Positions 47,471 through 57,564 of a stretch of DNA of 64,000 nucleotides are shown here, piece by piece (within the stretch, counting starts at the first letter, position 1; each line of letters starts with the position of its first letter). Origin of the DNA: Minisyncoccia bacterium (lineage in GTDB: Bacteria; Patescibacteriota; Minisyncoccia; UBA6257; 2-01-FULL-56-20). The notes below the pieces were generated by a model, which saw only the letters and a program-made list of their open reading frames with translations, was not told where the DNA came from and made no database searches. The stretch is from assembly GCA_050015515.1 (NCBI GenBank), contig JBEKBG010000001.1, positions 86,814 through 150,813 of the forward strand, written 5' to 3'. Made by a program: the position numbers and the translations under genes.

Positions 47471-47679
47471 GCCAGAAACGCCACATATTATATGGTACAA
47501 GATTTTTGTTGCGATATAGTATCATACAAATCGCGTATAATTTTTTTGAATTCCTCATCACTTTGTGGTCTTTATTTTCCATTAAATCAAAGAAAATAAT
47601 GAAATTATCTTGTTCCTTTTTATGAGACGACAAGAAGTTGCTCTCGTGAAAATCTATAAAGTATGCAACAATAGTAGAA

Positions 47680-48960
47680 ATGGAACCATTCTCCCTGTTC
47701 GATTATTTGAAAAAAAATACTGAGATTGACAAGTCCAAGCTCGATCTTTTGAAGTCGGAATTGGATCGGCGGATATACTTTTACGGAGAGCATTTTAAAT
47801 ACCCTAAAGAGCGGTCGGGTTGGGGTAAATCGATGAAATCCCGGGCGAAAGACCTCTCTAAAGATATTTACGCCGGGTTCTTCCTTTCGAAAGGAGGAAA
47901 AAAAACAAATAAGAAGAATATTCTCTCTAACGCCTATTTTTCGGTGAATGATGAACTTGCTAAGCAAAATTTTAACGTTCTGAGACCGATGCACAAACCG
48001 CTCCCGGGCGAGTATTCAATTGCAGGAAATCTTGGTGTTTATAAAAATTTCTTAAAGATAAATCACTATATTAGAGAAAGTGATTTTAAGTATTTGATTT
48101 CCGAAGAGTTTTTTGCACAACTCGATTCGTTTATAGATCAACTTACTGATTATTATCGGTCTATGAATATGACCTCCTTGATTGTATATAATGACACGCT
48201 CTTTTTCGACTTGATAAACATAGAGATATTTAAACGGCTAAAAAAGCCCAGCTTCATTTTTTCGCATGGCCTACCGGGCAGGTACAACATTTATGACGAG
48301 AATAAAACGGATTATCTCGTCGTCTGGGGGAAGAAGATCAAAGAAAACTATGTACATGTCGGTTTTGATCCCGATAAAATTTTAATATCAGGGCACCCGT
48401 TCTATAAAGAATTGCCCGACGCCAAATTAAGGAATAATTTAGATAACATCCTCGTTTTATCGAAGCCCCTCGATGTTGCACAATCAAAGGATAAGGTGAG
48501 ATTGAGCGATAGGGGTAACTCCATCGTCTATCTGTATTCCATTGAAAAAATACTTAAGTCTTTGGGGGTAAGGAGCGTAAGGCTTCGGATTCATCCTCAA
48601 GACGATATCAATTGGTATTATAAATTCATCAATCGGGATTTTTTTGCGATCGACAGGGACCCTCTCCGCATATCACTCGGCAGATCAACATTGGTCATCG
48701 GTCCGACGTCCACGGTATTTCTGGAAGCAATTTATTATGGGGTCAATTATCTGGTATATGAACCCACAGTGGCCGGTTTGGACTTGTCGGGATATAGCCT
48801 CGTTCCTCCCTTTGACGGTTCAGATAATAAAGTCCCAACGGCAAACGATGAGGGATCCTTGAAGCTATTGTTGAAAGGGAAGGCGCTGGTCGACCGCACC
48901 ATTTTCAACGACTACATTGACACTCCTTTTAATATTCGCGTCATTACGGATCGGATATAA
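47680..48960 (+). CDS. hypothetical protein (possible capsule/teichoic-type glycosyl- or glycerophosphotransferase)
   Basis: 426 aa, AT-rich, no confident motif; lies inside the glycan locus. Confidence 0.35.
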   Translation: MEPFSLFDYLKKNTEIDKSKLDLLKSELDRRIYFYGEHFKYPKERSGWGKSMKSRAKDLSKDIYAGFFLSKGGKKTNKKNILSNAYFSVNDELAKQNFNVLRPMHKPLPGEYSIAGNLGVYKNFLKINHYIRESDFKYLISEEFFAQLDSFIDQLTDYYRSMNMTSLIVYNDTLFFDLINIEIFKRLKKPSFIFSHGLPGRYNIYDENKTDYLVVWGKKIKENYVHVGFDPDKILISGHPFYKELPDAKLRNNLDNILVLSKPLDVAQSKDKVRLSDRGNSIVYLYSIEKILKSLGVRSVRLRIHPQDDINWYYKFINRDFFAIDRDPLRISLGRSTLVIGPTSTVFLEAIYYGVNYLVYEPTVAGLDLSGYSLVPPFDGSDNKVPTANDEGSLKLLLKGKALVDRTIFNDYIDTPFNIRVITDRI

Positions 48961-48969
48961 TAATTCGCG

Positions 48970-49920
48970 ATGGAGACCCCTCTTATTTCCGTCATTATTC
49001 CCGCCTATAACGGCGAAAAATTCCTTCCGCGATCCATCGGGAGCGTTTTGGCGCAGACACACCGGAATATTGAATTGATCGTGGCTGACGATGGCTCGAC
49101 GGATGGCACCAAAAAAGTGGTAGAGGAATTTCGGGGGAAAGACGCCCGCGTTTTGTATTATTTTGAGGAAAATTCCGGTGGCCCGGCACGCCCAAAAAAT
49201 CTTGCGATGCAATATGCAAAAGGCGAGTACGTTGCGTATCTCGACCAGGACGATGAATGGCTGCCGGAAAAACTCGCGAAGCAGGTGGCGTTGTTTGGGG
49301 ACGGTGCTCTCGGCGCCGAAGAAATTGGTCTCGTCGGATGCGGAGCTTTTTTAGTGCGCGCGAACGGAAAAGTTTTTGGGAGATACAAGGCGCCGGTAAC
49401 TCAAGCGCCTTTTCCCGCCCTGCTGGACCGGAATTATATCCATAGCAACAGCAGCGTTCTTCTTCGGCGCGATGTGATCGAACGTGTCGGCGCGCGCGAC
49501 GAAGAGTTGAAATACGCGGAGGATTGGGATATGTGGATCCGCATCGCCGCCGCAGGATATCGCTTTGCGTTCGCGCGCGCGCCGTTGTTCAAATATTATT
49601 TTTATCCGGCGAATTCAACGAAAAAACTTGGGTTCATCGCCCGGGCGCAGGAAAGCGCGCGCCTCTATGAAAAGCATCTGCCGCTGTATGAAAAATATCA
49701 GCGTGAAGGCGCGGCGCTCCTCAATATCGGCGTGAGATTTTGCCTGGGTGGAGATATGAAGACGGGTCGTGTATATTTTTTGCGCTCCCTCGAAAAATCC
49801 CCCCACAATATGCCGGCGCTTACCGGACTGTTTCTTTCGCGGCTCGGCTCGCTCGGCAGGGGAATAATGTTGGTTGCGCTCGAAGCGTCGCGTTTTCTGC
49901 ATGGCAGGTCGGTCGCCTAA
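48970..49920 (+). CDS. Glycosyltransferase family 2
   Basis: ISVIIPAYNGEKFL...ADDGSTDGT GT-A N-terminus; DQDD motif. Confidence 0.8.
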   Translation: METPLISVIIPAYNGEKFLPRSIGSVLAQTHRNIELIVADDGSTDGTKKVVEEFRGKDARVLYYFEENSGGPARPKNLAMQYAKGEYVAYLDQDDEWLPEKLAKQVALFGDGALGAEEIGLVGCGAFLVRANGKVFGRYKAPVTQAPFPALLDRNYIHSNSSVLLRRDVIERVGARDEELKYAEDWDMWIRIAAAGYRFAFARAPLFKYYFYPANSTKKLGFIARAQESARLYEKHLPLYEKYQREGAALLNIGVRFCLGGDMKTGRVYFLRSLEKSPHNMPALTGLFLSRLGSLGRGIMLVALEASRFLHGRSVA

Positions 49921-49927
49921 GCGGGCG

Positions 49928-51400
49928 CTATGCTTCCGCTGCTTTCGTTCCTGCAATATTCTTTATCTCGCCGAGCAGCGGTTCTTTAAAGAGAAATAAC
50001 GCAGCAATGTAAATCGCCGCCGAGATCAGGATATTTTCGATCACGTTCGATCCTACCATATAAAGCAGTGCGGTCACGACCGCCATCAGCGCACCCGCGC
50101 CGATGATGCGCCCGAGCCGCGGGAGGACATTGAATGGGTTGAGCCGATGCATCGCGTACCACAAATAGGAATTTCCCAAAATCTGCGCGATGAGCGTGGC
50201 GAACGCCGAGCCGGTGATGCCCCAGTGCGGGATGAAGAGCAGATCAAAGAGCACATTGCTCACGCCGGCGATGGCGGAGGAGATGATCAGATTTTTCTGG
50301 TGGTCGTACGCAAAGATGCCGGTGGCGACCACGCTTCCGGCATAATCGAACGAGAGGTTGAGCATGAGCACCGAGAGCCCGAGCCCACCCGCGATATATC
50401 CGACGCCGAATACCAGCTGCATGATCTGCGTGCCGAGAATGATGCCGCCCAGGGAAAGCGGTATTGAAACAAGGAAGATGAGCGCCAGAGTGCGCTCGAG
50501 GACCGCCCTGAACCGTTTGTTGTCGCGCTTGGCGAGTCGCGATAAGAAGGGCATGGTGCTCGTTTGGATGACCAACGGTACAAGATACAGCACTTGGATG
50601 ATGCGGATGGCAGCGGAATAGATACCCACCTCCGAAGCGGTGCGCATCCAGCTGATGATGAGGATGTCGGTGTTGGTGAGCAATATCCCGAGCGCGCCCG
50701 TGACGGCGAACGGCCATGCGGTTTTTATGATCGCCATCATGCGCCGCGCGGATGCTCCCGCAAAAATATTTTTAAACCGCCCGCGCAGGAGCCATATTGC
50801 CGTGATCGCGCCGACCGAGGTGCCGGCAACGTAGGCATAGGTGAACGAGAGTGGGGTTGCCGATACCCAAAGGAGGATAAACCCAAAGACGGTAATGGCG
50901 AGGTTTTCTAGAAGGAACGACATGGCATCCCATTGCATTTTTTCCTCGGCGCGGAAGAGCGATGCGAGGAATTCGCGCGTGCTGTCAAATACGATGATGA
51001 GCGCGACGAGCGGAAGCAAAATTTTTGCACCGGGGAGTGTTGAAAACAGCGGCGCGATGAAGATGACGACCACCACACTGAATGCAAGGATTATCGCCTT
51101 CATAATGAGTGTCGTCGAGAAGAGTGATTGCCGTTCTTCCGGTGTCGCTTTCGCGCCGTCGCGAATGAGCACGGAGTTGATGCCGGGATCCACGAATATA
51201 CCGAAGAATCCGGCAAGGGTGATGGCATACGAAAAAACGCCATATCCCGCGGTGCCGAGCGCCCGCGCCGCATAGATGACGATCACGGCTTTTATGATCC
51301 GCGCGCCGAATTGCGATATCGACGACCAGACCGTATTCTTCGCCACCGTCTGCTTGGCGGTGGTATTTTTAAACAAGAAGTTTTTTATCTTTTGGAACAT
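49928..51400 (-). CDS. Wzx-like oligosaccharide flippase / polysaccharide biosynthesis protein
   Basis: Roughly 12-14 TM helices; start at MFQKIKNF (the track ORF extends further upstream). Confidence 0.6.
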   Translation of the reverse strand: MFQKIKNFLFKNTTAKQTVAKNTVWSSISQFGARIIKAVIVIYAARALGTAGYGVFSYAITLAGFFGIFVDPGINSVLIRDGAKATPEERQSLFSTTLIMKAIILAFSVVVVIFIAPLFSTLPGAKILLPLVALIIVFDSTREFLASLFRAEEKMQWDAMSFLLENLAITVFGFILLWVSATPLSFTYAYVAGTSVGAITAIWLLRGRFKNIFAGASARRMMAIIKTAWPFAVTGALGILLTNTDILIISWMRTASEVGIYSAAIRIIQVLYLVPLVIQTSTMPFLSRLAKRDNKRFRAVLERTLALIFLVSIPLSLGGIILGTQIMQLVFGVGYIAGGLGLSVLMLNLSFDYAGSVVATGIFAYDHQKNLIISSAIAGVSNVLFDLLFIPHWGITGSAFATLIAQILGNSYLWYAMHRLNPFNVLPRLGRIIGAGALMAVVTALLYMVGSNVIENILISAAIYIAALFLFKEPLLGEIKNIAGTKAAEA

Positions 51401-51465
51401 GGCGCGTTTGTCTGGTATATAATATATACAAAGGATAGCCGAAAAAGCGGCTTCCGTAAATTGAC

Positions 51466-51936
51466 ATGACGACAAAGAAAAAAAAGGTAGTGGTGGCGGT
51501 GAGTGGCGGCTTCGATCCGATCCACATCGGCCACGTGCGGATGTTCGAGCACGCACGGGCGCTCGGCGACGAGCTCGTGGTCATCCTGAACAACGACAAC
51601 TGGCTGCGCGCAAAGAAGGGATTCGCGTTCATGCCGGAAAAGGAGCGTAAAGAAGTGATCGAGGCGCTGCGTGCGGTGGACCACGTGGTCATCACGAGGC
51701 ACAAGCCGAACGACCCCGACATGAGCGTTTCCCGCGCCCTGCGCGCAGTGCGGCCGCGCATCTTTGCGAACGGCGGCGACCGGAAATTTGATAATATTCC
51801 CGAGGTACCGGTGTGCGAGGAGATTGGATGTGCGATGGTGTTCAACGTCGGGAAGGGCGGTAAGATACAATCCAGCTCATGGCTCTTGAAAAAACTGCCG
51901 CGTCGGAGATTAAAAAAAAGATTAAAGGAAGTTTGA
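51466..51936 (+). CDS. Cytidylyltransferase-like nucleotidyltransferase (HxGH family)
   Basis: VSGGFDPIHIGHV motif. Confidence 0.65.
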   Translation: MTTKKKKVVVAVSGGFDPIHIGHVRMFEHARALGDELVVILNNDNWLRAKKGFAFMPEKERKEVIEALRAVDHVVITRHKPNDPDMSVSRALRAVRPRIFANGGDRKFDNIPEVPVCEEIGCAMVFNVGKGGKIQSSSWLLKKLPRRRLKKRLKEV

Positions 51937-52037
51937 CATAGCGGAATAGTTAATATGATTGAACGGTCATCACCACGAAAAGCACCGCGCAAGACTTCGT
52001 CCTTACGTGGTTTTTTATATTTGGCCGCCTGTTTTTA

Positions 52038-53375
52038 CTATTTCGGACTCACAAAAATCGATTTGATCGTCTTCAAAATGATGGCCCAGTCCAGGATCGG
52101 GGAGCGGTTCTTCAAGTAGTAGATGTCGTACTGCAGTTTTTCCTTTACGTCGTCGTCGGTGAGGTCGGCGCGGTGGTTGATCTGCGCCCAGCCGGTGACG
52201 CCGGGTTTGATGAAGAGCCGCGCCCCGTAGTACGGGATCCGCGCTTCGAGCTTGGCCACGAACTCCGGCCGCTCCGGGCGCGGCCCGACGAACGAGAGGT
52301 CGCCACGGACGATGTTCCAGAGCTGAGGTAGCTCGTCCAGGTGCGACGCGCGGAGAGCGCCGCCGATCGGCGTCGTGCGCGCGTCGTTCTTTGATGCCCA
52401 TTGCGCGCCGTCCTTCTCCGCGTCCAGGCGCATGGTGCGGAACTTGTAGAGCTTGAAGTTCTTTCCTCGTTCCCCAACGCGCACCTGTTTGTAGATGACC
52501 GGTCCGCGTGAGGTGAGCGCGATGAGGAAGGCAATGATGATCTCGAATGGGATCAAAACAATGCCGAGCGCGAGCGCGAATATGAACTCTCCCGCGCGCT
52601 TCAATGGGTCATAGAAATTGACCTCCCGCGCGATGTTTTCCAGAAACCAGGTTTCCTGGATCTCCGGGAGCGGCACTTTGCGCATGATGAGCTCATAGAA
52701 ACTCGTGAGGTCGGTCACGATGATGCCGCTTGCAAAAAGCTCGTATAGCACCGTGACGAGTGTCGGTTCGTGCTTGAGCTTGCCGGAGATGACGATGAGA
52801 TTGACGCCCTCGCGCAGGGCGGCGTCCTTTATTTTTTTCGAGTCCGCGTATGCGGTCTTCTCATCCATCTCCGCCTTAATGGCGTAGCCGAGCTGGGGAT
52901 TCTCGGCAATGGCGTATTTGATCTCCTTGCCGATCGTTCCGCCGCCGATCATAAGCACTTTATTCGGCGCCTCGCCGAACGTCATCAGACGATTCAAGAA
53001 CCGCCGCCAGAAGATCTCGATGATGGCAAAGACAACGATGAAGATAAGGAGCGTTGTTTTCGGCGCGATGCCGAATGCGGGGATCAGATAGAAGAGCAAG
53101 ACCGCAAGCGCGGCGTTCACGCCGATGCACAAGAAGAGCGTTTTGATGAAATCAATGTTATTACGCAGGCGGCGGAGATCATAGAGCCCGGCGATATAGA
53201 AAATGATGATCCATAAAATGAAAATAACGGTGAACGCGGACACTTGGGCGTTCAGGAGCTGCGGGTAGAAGTTGCCGCCATAGCGGATGAGCAGCGCGAT
53301 AAAAAGCGCGGCGTAGAGCGCCACCACGTCGGCGATAAAAAAGAGAAAGACCTTCAGTTTGTTGCCCGCATCCAT
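52038..53375 (-). CDS. Polyprenyl-phosphate sugar phosphotransferase (bacterial sugar transferase, WbaP/EpsB-like)
   Basis: C-terminal domain RPLLLSKDE-like with [24 protein letters not shown]-like motifs (PERPEF). Confidence 0.75.
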   Translation of the reverse strand: [445 protein letters not shown]

Positions 53376-53385
53376 GATGTCCTTA

Positions 53386-54273
53386 TTATAAGCGGAAGCG
53401 GGAGAATGCGTAAATGAGGCCTTCGATGATGGCGAAGGCGAGGATGATGGTGCCGAGCGCGATTGCCCATTCCTTTGTTCGGTGCTCCGGCTGGTAGGTG
53501 GTCTGCTTGTTGTCGAAGCGCACCTCGGTGGAGGTCATGGTAAACGGCTTATGGAAAAGCGTGATCCAGAAATAGTTCATCGCATAACGCCAGCCCATCG
53601 TAAAGGTGCCTTCCTTGGCAAGCCGCCGGCCGGAGGAGCGAAGGGCGAACGCGAATGACCAGCGCACAAAGCCCACCTTGCTCAGACGCCGCGCGAGGTC
53701 CGCATCGTCGCCGTAGAAGGTAAGGCTCACGTCATGGCCGCCGATCTTTGCGAGCGCATCGCGGCGCACGATCTCCGTGCCGCCTTGGATCATCGACGTG
53801 TCGCGGAGGATGAAATTGTTTACGAGGTAGACGAGGTATGTCCCAACATAGAACAGCTGCACGAGCGCCTTCGCCGCGAACGGCAGATCGTAATAGATGA
53901 ACGGGCCGGAAAGGCAGACCAGGTTTTTATCCGCGGCGAACGCGCGCTCGGCGCGGTCGATCCACCCGAGCGTCAGCTCCGTATCCGCGTCCAGGAACGC
54001 GACGAGCGTACCCTTTGACACCACGAACCCCGCCTCGCGCGCGCGATTGGCGCCACGCCGCGGCTCGTGGATGAGTGCCACGCCGCGATATTCCCGCGTG
54101 ACGATCTCGCACGTCTTGTCGTTGGAATTGTTATCCACGACGATGATCTCATAGCTGTCGCGGCCAGCGATCTCGTGGATGATTGCGTCAAGGCAGTGCC
54201 GGATATAATTCTCCTCGTTGTAGGCGGGAATGACGAAGCTGATTTTAGTCGTCACGAGTGGTGTATTGTTCAT
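53386..54273 (-). CDS. Glycosyltransferase family 2 (with C-terminal TM segments)
   Basis: ISFVIPAYNEENYI...VVDNNSNDKT; paralog of 54808..55521. Confidence 0.75.
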   Translation of the reverse strand: MNNTPLVTTKISFVIPAYNEENYIRHCLDAIIHEIAGRDSYEIIVVDNNSNDKTCEIVTREYRGVALIHEPRRGANRAREAGFVVSKGTLVAFLDADTELTLGWIDRAERAFAADKNLVCLSGPFIYYDLPFAAKALVQLFYVGTYLVYLVNNFILRDTSMIQGGTEIVRRDALAKIGGHDVSLTFYGDDADLARRLSKVGFVRWSFAFALRSSGRRLAKEGTFTMGWRYAMNYFWITLFHKPFTMTSTEVRFDNKQTTYQPEHRTKEWAIALGTIILAFAIIEGLIYAFSRFRL

Positions 54274-54803
54274 GCCGTGCCGAGGGTGTCTTGATAAAGC
54301 GGGTTGATGATGATGACATACACGCTTGAGCATACAAAGATGCCGGTCCATACGATCGTTGATTGCCACGGATAGCCCATGAACATGCCCGCGAGCGCGA
54401 GCGCGGAAATGAGCGCGCCGAGCGCGTCGATCTTCACTTTACGAAACAGCGCGCGCGAATTTTTGACGGAAGGAAGATCGCCCGCGTATTTGAGTACCGC
54501 AAGGATGAAGAGCACGATCATCGCAATGGTGAACAGAAACGGGTTTCCAAAGAAAAAGATCGAGATGAAGTGGAGGATGACGAGGACGATGTCGATGAAC
54601 ACTTGGGAAGTTTTCTCCGGCGGGATGATCGTGGAAAAATGTTTTATGGAATAATAATCGTTCCACACGAGCATCGTGTAGAAAAGCATCGGCGCCCATG
54701 CGATGGCAAGGTTGTGTCGCGCGATGATCACGCCGATCACGCCGAACGCGATAAATATCAACGTTGCCCCAGTGGCTCTTTCTTTGGGAGATAATTTTGC
54801 CAT
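54270..54803 (-). CDS. membrane protein, hypothetical
   Basis: 177 aa, 5 TM helices. Confidence 0.4.
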   Translation of the reverse strand: MAKLSPKERATGATLIFIAFGVIGVIIARHNLAIAWAPMLFYTMLVWNDYYSIKHFSTIIPPEKTSQVFIDIVLVILHFISIFFFGNPFLFTIAMIVLFILAVLKYAGDLPSVKNSRALFRKVKIDALGALISALALAGMFMGYPWQSTIVWTGIFVCSSVYVIIINPLYQDTLGTA

Positions 54804-54807
54804 GATC

Positions 54808-55521
54808 TTAGCGAATATCTTTATATTTCTTTGTCAGCGGTTTATAAGAGAGCGCGGTCACGAAATAATTCATCGCATAGCGCCAGAATGTCCGTATGAC
54901 CCCTTCTTCCAGGAGCCGCCGTCCGGAACCGATGACGAAGAATCCCATGGAAAATCTTGCCTTTCCCACTTTGCTCAATCGCCGGGCAATATCGGTGTCT
55001 TCCCCATAGAAAGCAATAGTAGCATCAAACCCGCCAACTTGTACGAGCGCCTCGCGCTTAGCGACGAAGTTCGCGCCTAGCACCATGAAGCCGATCATCC
55101 AAAACGTCGGCATCGCGGTGAGCATCCACAATCCTTCCGCGAGGATCTTCTTTGATGGCGGCAGGTCGTAATAATGGAACGGACCGGAGAGGGAAACCAT
55201 TTCCGGATGTTTGGCGAATTCTTTTTTTACCGTTGCGACCCATCCGGGCGGCATGCGGGTGTCGGCGTCGAGATAGGCGATGAGGTCGCCCTTGGCTTCC
55301 ATAAGGCCTCGTTGCCGCGCGCGGGTAAGGCCCTTTTGCGGCTCATGCACCACGCGCACGCCGGGAAATTTTTTTGCCGCCGCCGCCGTGCCATCCGTCG
55401 AGGCGTTGTTGATAACGATGATCTCAAGGATATCGTCGGTTCGGTTCGCGATGATGCTTTGCAGGCAGTCGCCGATGTAGTTCTCTTCGTTGTATGCGGG
55501 AATAACAATGCTGATGTTCAT
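54808..55521 (-). CDS. Glycosyltransferase family 2
   Basis: ISIVIPAYNEENYI...VINNASTDGT; DADT motif. Confidence 0.75.
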   Translation of the reverse strand: MNISIVIPAYNEENYIGDCLQSIIANRTDDILEIIVINNASTDGTAAAAKKFPGVRVVHEPQKGLTRARQRGLMEAKGDLIAYLDADTRMPPGWVATVKKEFAKHPEMVSLSGPFHYYDLPPSKKILAEGLWMLTAMPTFWMIGFMVLGANFVAKREALVQVGGFDATIAFYGEDTDIARRLSKVGKARFSMGFFVIGSGRRLLEEGVIRTFWRYAMNYFVTALSYKPLTKKYKDIR

Positions 55522-55546
55522 GTATGTATGGTATTATCATTTTACC

Positions 55547-56260
55547 ATGACAATATCCTGTGTGATTGCCGCGTATAACGAAGAAAAGGGCATTAGTACG
55601 GTTCTTCGCGCAGTGAGCAAGCATCCGTTGCTAAAAGAGGTCATTGTTATAGATGACGGCTCCCATGACCGTACCGCCGATATTGTCGGCCAATTTCCTG
55701 ATATTACGCTTATAAAGCATCCCGTCAACAAAGGGAAGACCATATCGGTGGCGGACGGCATTGCCGCCGCGACGGGGGATCTTATCTGTTCGTTGGACGC
55801 TGACCTTATAGGGATCACCGCTGACAGCATCACGCGACTCATCGCTCCGATCGTTGATGGCCGTGCAGCAGTCAGTATCAGTTTGCGTGAGCGCTATCCA
55901 TGGTTCTGGCATCCCTTTGGCCTTGATTATATTTCCGGGGAACGAGTGTACCCAAAAGGATTGTTGAATGAACATATGGAAGAGTTGCGTCGTCTTTCAA
56001 AATTTGGACTCGAGGTATTTATGAACCGTTTGATCATTGAAAAAAAACTTCCCGTTGCCATTGTCTATCTTCCTCATGTGATCAGTCCGCTTAAATCTGC
56101 AAAACAGGGATTTTTTCACGGGCTGATCAGCGACATAAAAATGATCGGAGATATTTTCCATACCGTTCCCGCTTGGGAGTGCCTCTCCCAGATCGTTCAC
56201 TTGATGCGCTTGCGCGTAGCACTTCCTTCGGATAGTGCTCAAGCGGTTTCGTCAAAATAG
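55547..56260 (+). CDS. Glycosyltransferase family 2 (DPM1-like)
   Basis: ISCVIAAYNEEKGI...VIDDGSHDRT; DAD motif. Confidence 0.7.
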   Translation: MTISCVIAAYNEEKGISTVLRAVSKHPLLKEVIVIDDGSHDRTADIVGQFPDITLIKHPVNKGKTISVADGIAAATGDLICSLDADLIGITADSITRLIAPIVDGRAAVSISLRERYPWFWHPFGLDYISGERVYPKGLLNEHMEELRRLSKFGLEVFMNRLIIEKKLPVAIVYLPHVISPLKSAKQGFFHGLISDIKMIGDIFHTVPAWECLSQIVHLMRLRVALPSDSAQAVSSK

Positions 56261-56835
56261 CGGCGTACAGTGTTGCCAAGGAACCAATATACAACTGCGG
56301 CGATGATCACGACAATGACGATGCCAATGATCGCGTCAGTGAAATAGCGATCGATATTTTGGTATGCGGCACCAAAGTAAAATCCGATGGCAAGAAGGAA
56401 TAATGTTTTCGGAATCGTGCCGACAACGCTGACCCAAAGGAATTCCTGGAAATTTTCTTTTACTATCCCCGCGCTTACGAGAATGGGGAATCCGAATGCA
56501 TGGCCCCATTTTCCAAATAATAGCGTTTTCTTTGCATTGTTTTTGAAAAGCTTTTCGAACTTTTCCATACGCTCGGGCGTTGCGCCAAATTTCGGTCCCC
56601 AGCGCATGATGAGAGAGCTTCCTCCCCATCGGCCGACGCTGTATAAAAGTATGTCGCCAATCACATCGCCAAACATTAGGATGCCGAATGCGATCCAGAA
56701 CTCCATCGCATGGATGGATACAAGAAATCCCGCGATGACGGATATGATCGGACCCTCCACGATGGCGATAGGAAGGAGGACAGCATAACGGTAGGCGAGT
56801 ACCCATCCGAAAAGGGTATTTAGGGAGAACCACAT
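56239..56835 (-). CDS. DedA family (VTT/SNARE-associated) membrane protein
   Basis: G(x)WG...FGKWGHAFG pattern typical of DedA. Confidence 0.55.
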   Translation of the reverse strand: MWFSLNTLFGWVLAYRYAVLLPIAIVEGPIISVIAGFLVSIHAMEFWIAFGILMFGDVIGDILLYSVGRWGGSSLIMRWGPKFGATPERMEKFEKLFKNNAKKTLLFGKWGHAFGFPILVSAGIVKENFQEFLWVSVVGTIPKTLFLLAIGFYFGAAYQNIDRYFTDAIIGIVIVVIIAAVVYWFLGNTVRRYFDETA

Positions 56836-56857
56836 TGCTTTAGTATATACTATACCA

Positions 56858-57508
56858 ATGCTCGCGTTGTTAAAAGAACATAAAGGATTTTGGACGCCCG
56901 CGCGGAAGCGGTCGATGTATTTTGGGATTTTCCTACTTGTATTGAGCGTCATCATCCAGATCGTGCTGGGCCGTTTTTCTTCGCGCGTTGCGGTAGACGC
57001 GCCGGCGGTGCGGGATATTTTTCTCGACAATCTGCCGCTCGTGAACCTAAGCCCCGTCATTGTGGGCGGTGCGATCGTGTTATGGGTGTCCGCGTGGGTG
57101 CTTTTGATCGTAAAGCCGCGCTATCTCATTTTTTCCACGAAGGCGATCGCGCTCTATATCATTTCCCGCGCATTCTTCTTTAGCCTCACGCATATTGGTC
57201 CGTATCCGCTGCACTATTCTCCGAGCGCACATAACCACGGATACGGCCTGTATCACCTTGTCACGTTCTCTGGCAATTTCTTCTATTCGGGGCACACCGC
57301 GTTCCCATTCCTCTTGGCGCTGATCTTTTGGGACAATAAATATTTGCGCTATCTTTTTCTTATCCTGACCGTGTTCTTCGGCGCAAGCGTGCTTTTGGCC
57401 CATGTGCACTATTCCATTGATGTGTTTGCCGCGCCGTTCATCGTGTACGGCATGTATGTCATCACCACCAAGCTTTTCTCGCGCGATTACGCGTTATTTG
57501 CCTCTTGA
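56858..57508 (+). CDS. PAP2 superfamily membrane protein
   Basis: SGHT and HYSIDV C-terminal PAP2 motifs. Confidence 0.55.
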   Translation: MLALLKEHKGFWTPARKRSMYFGIFLLVLSVIIQIVLGRFSSRVAVDAPAVRDIFLDNLPLVNLSPVIVGGAIVLWVSAWVLLIVKPRYLIFSTKAIALYIISRAFFFSLTHIGPYPLHYSPSAHNHGYGLYHLVTFSGNFFYSGHTAFPFLLALIFWDNKYLRYLFLILTVFFGASVLLAHVHYSIDVFAAPFIVYGMYVITTKLFSRDYALFAS

Positions 57509-57564
57509 TGGACTGCCCCTCGCGCGGTATCATTTAAAAAAGATAAACAAACAATATACTAAAC

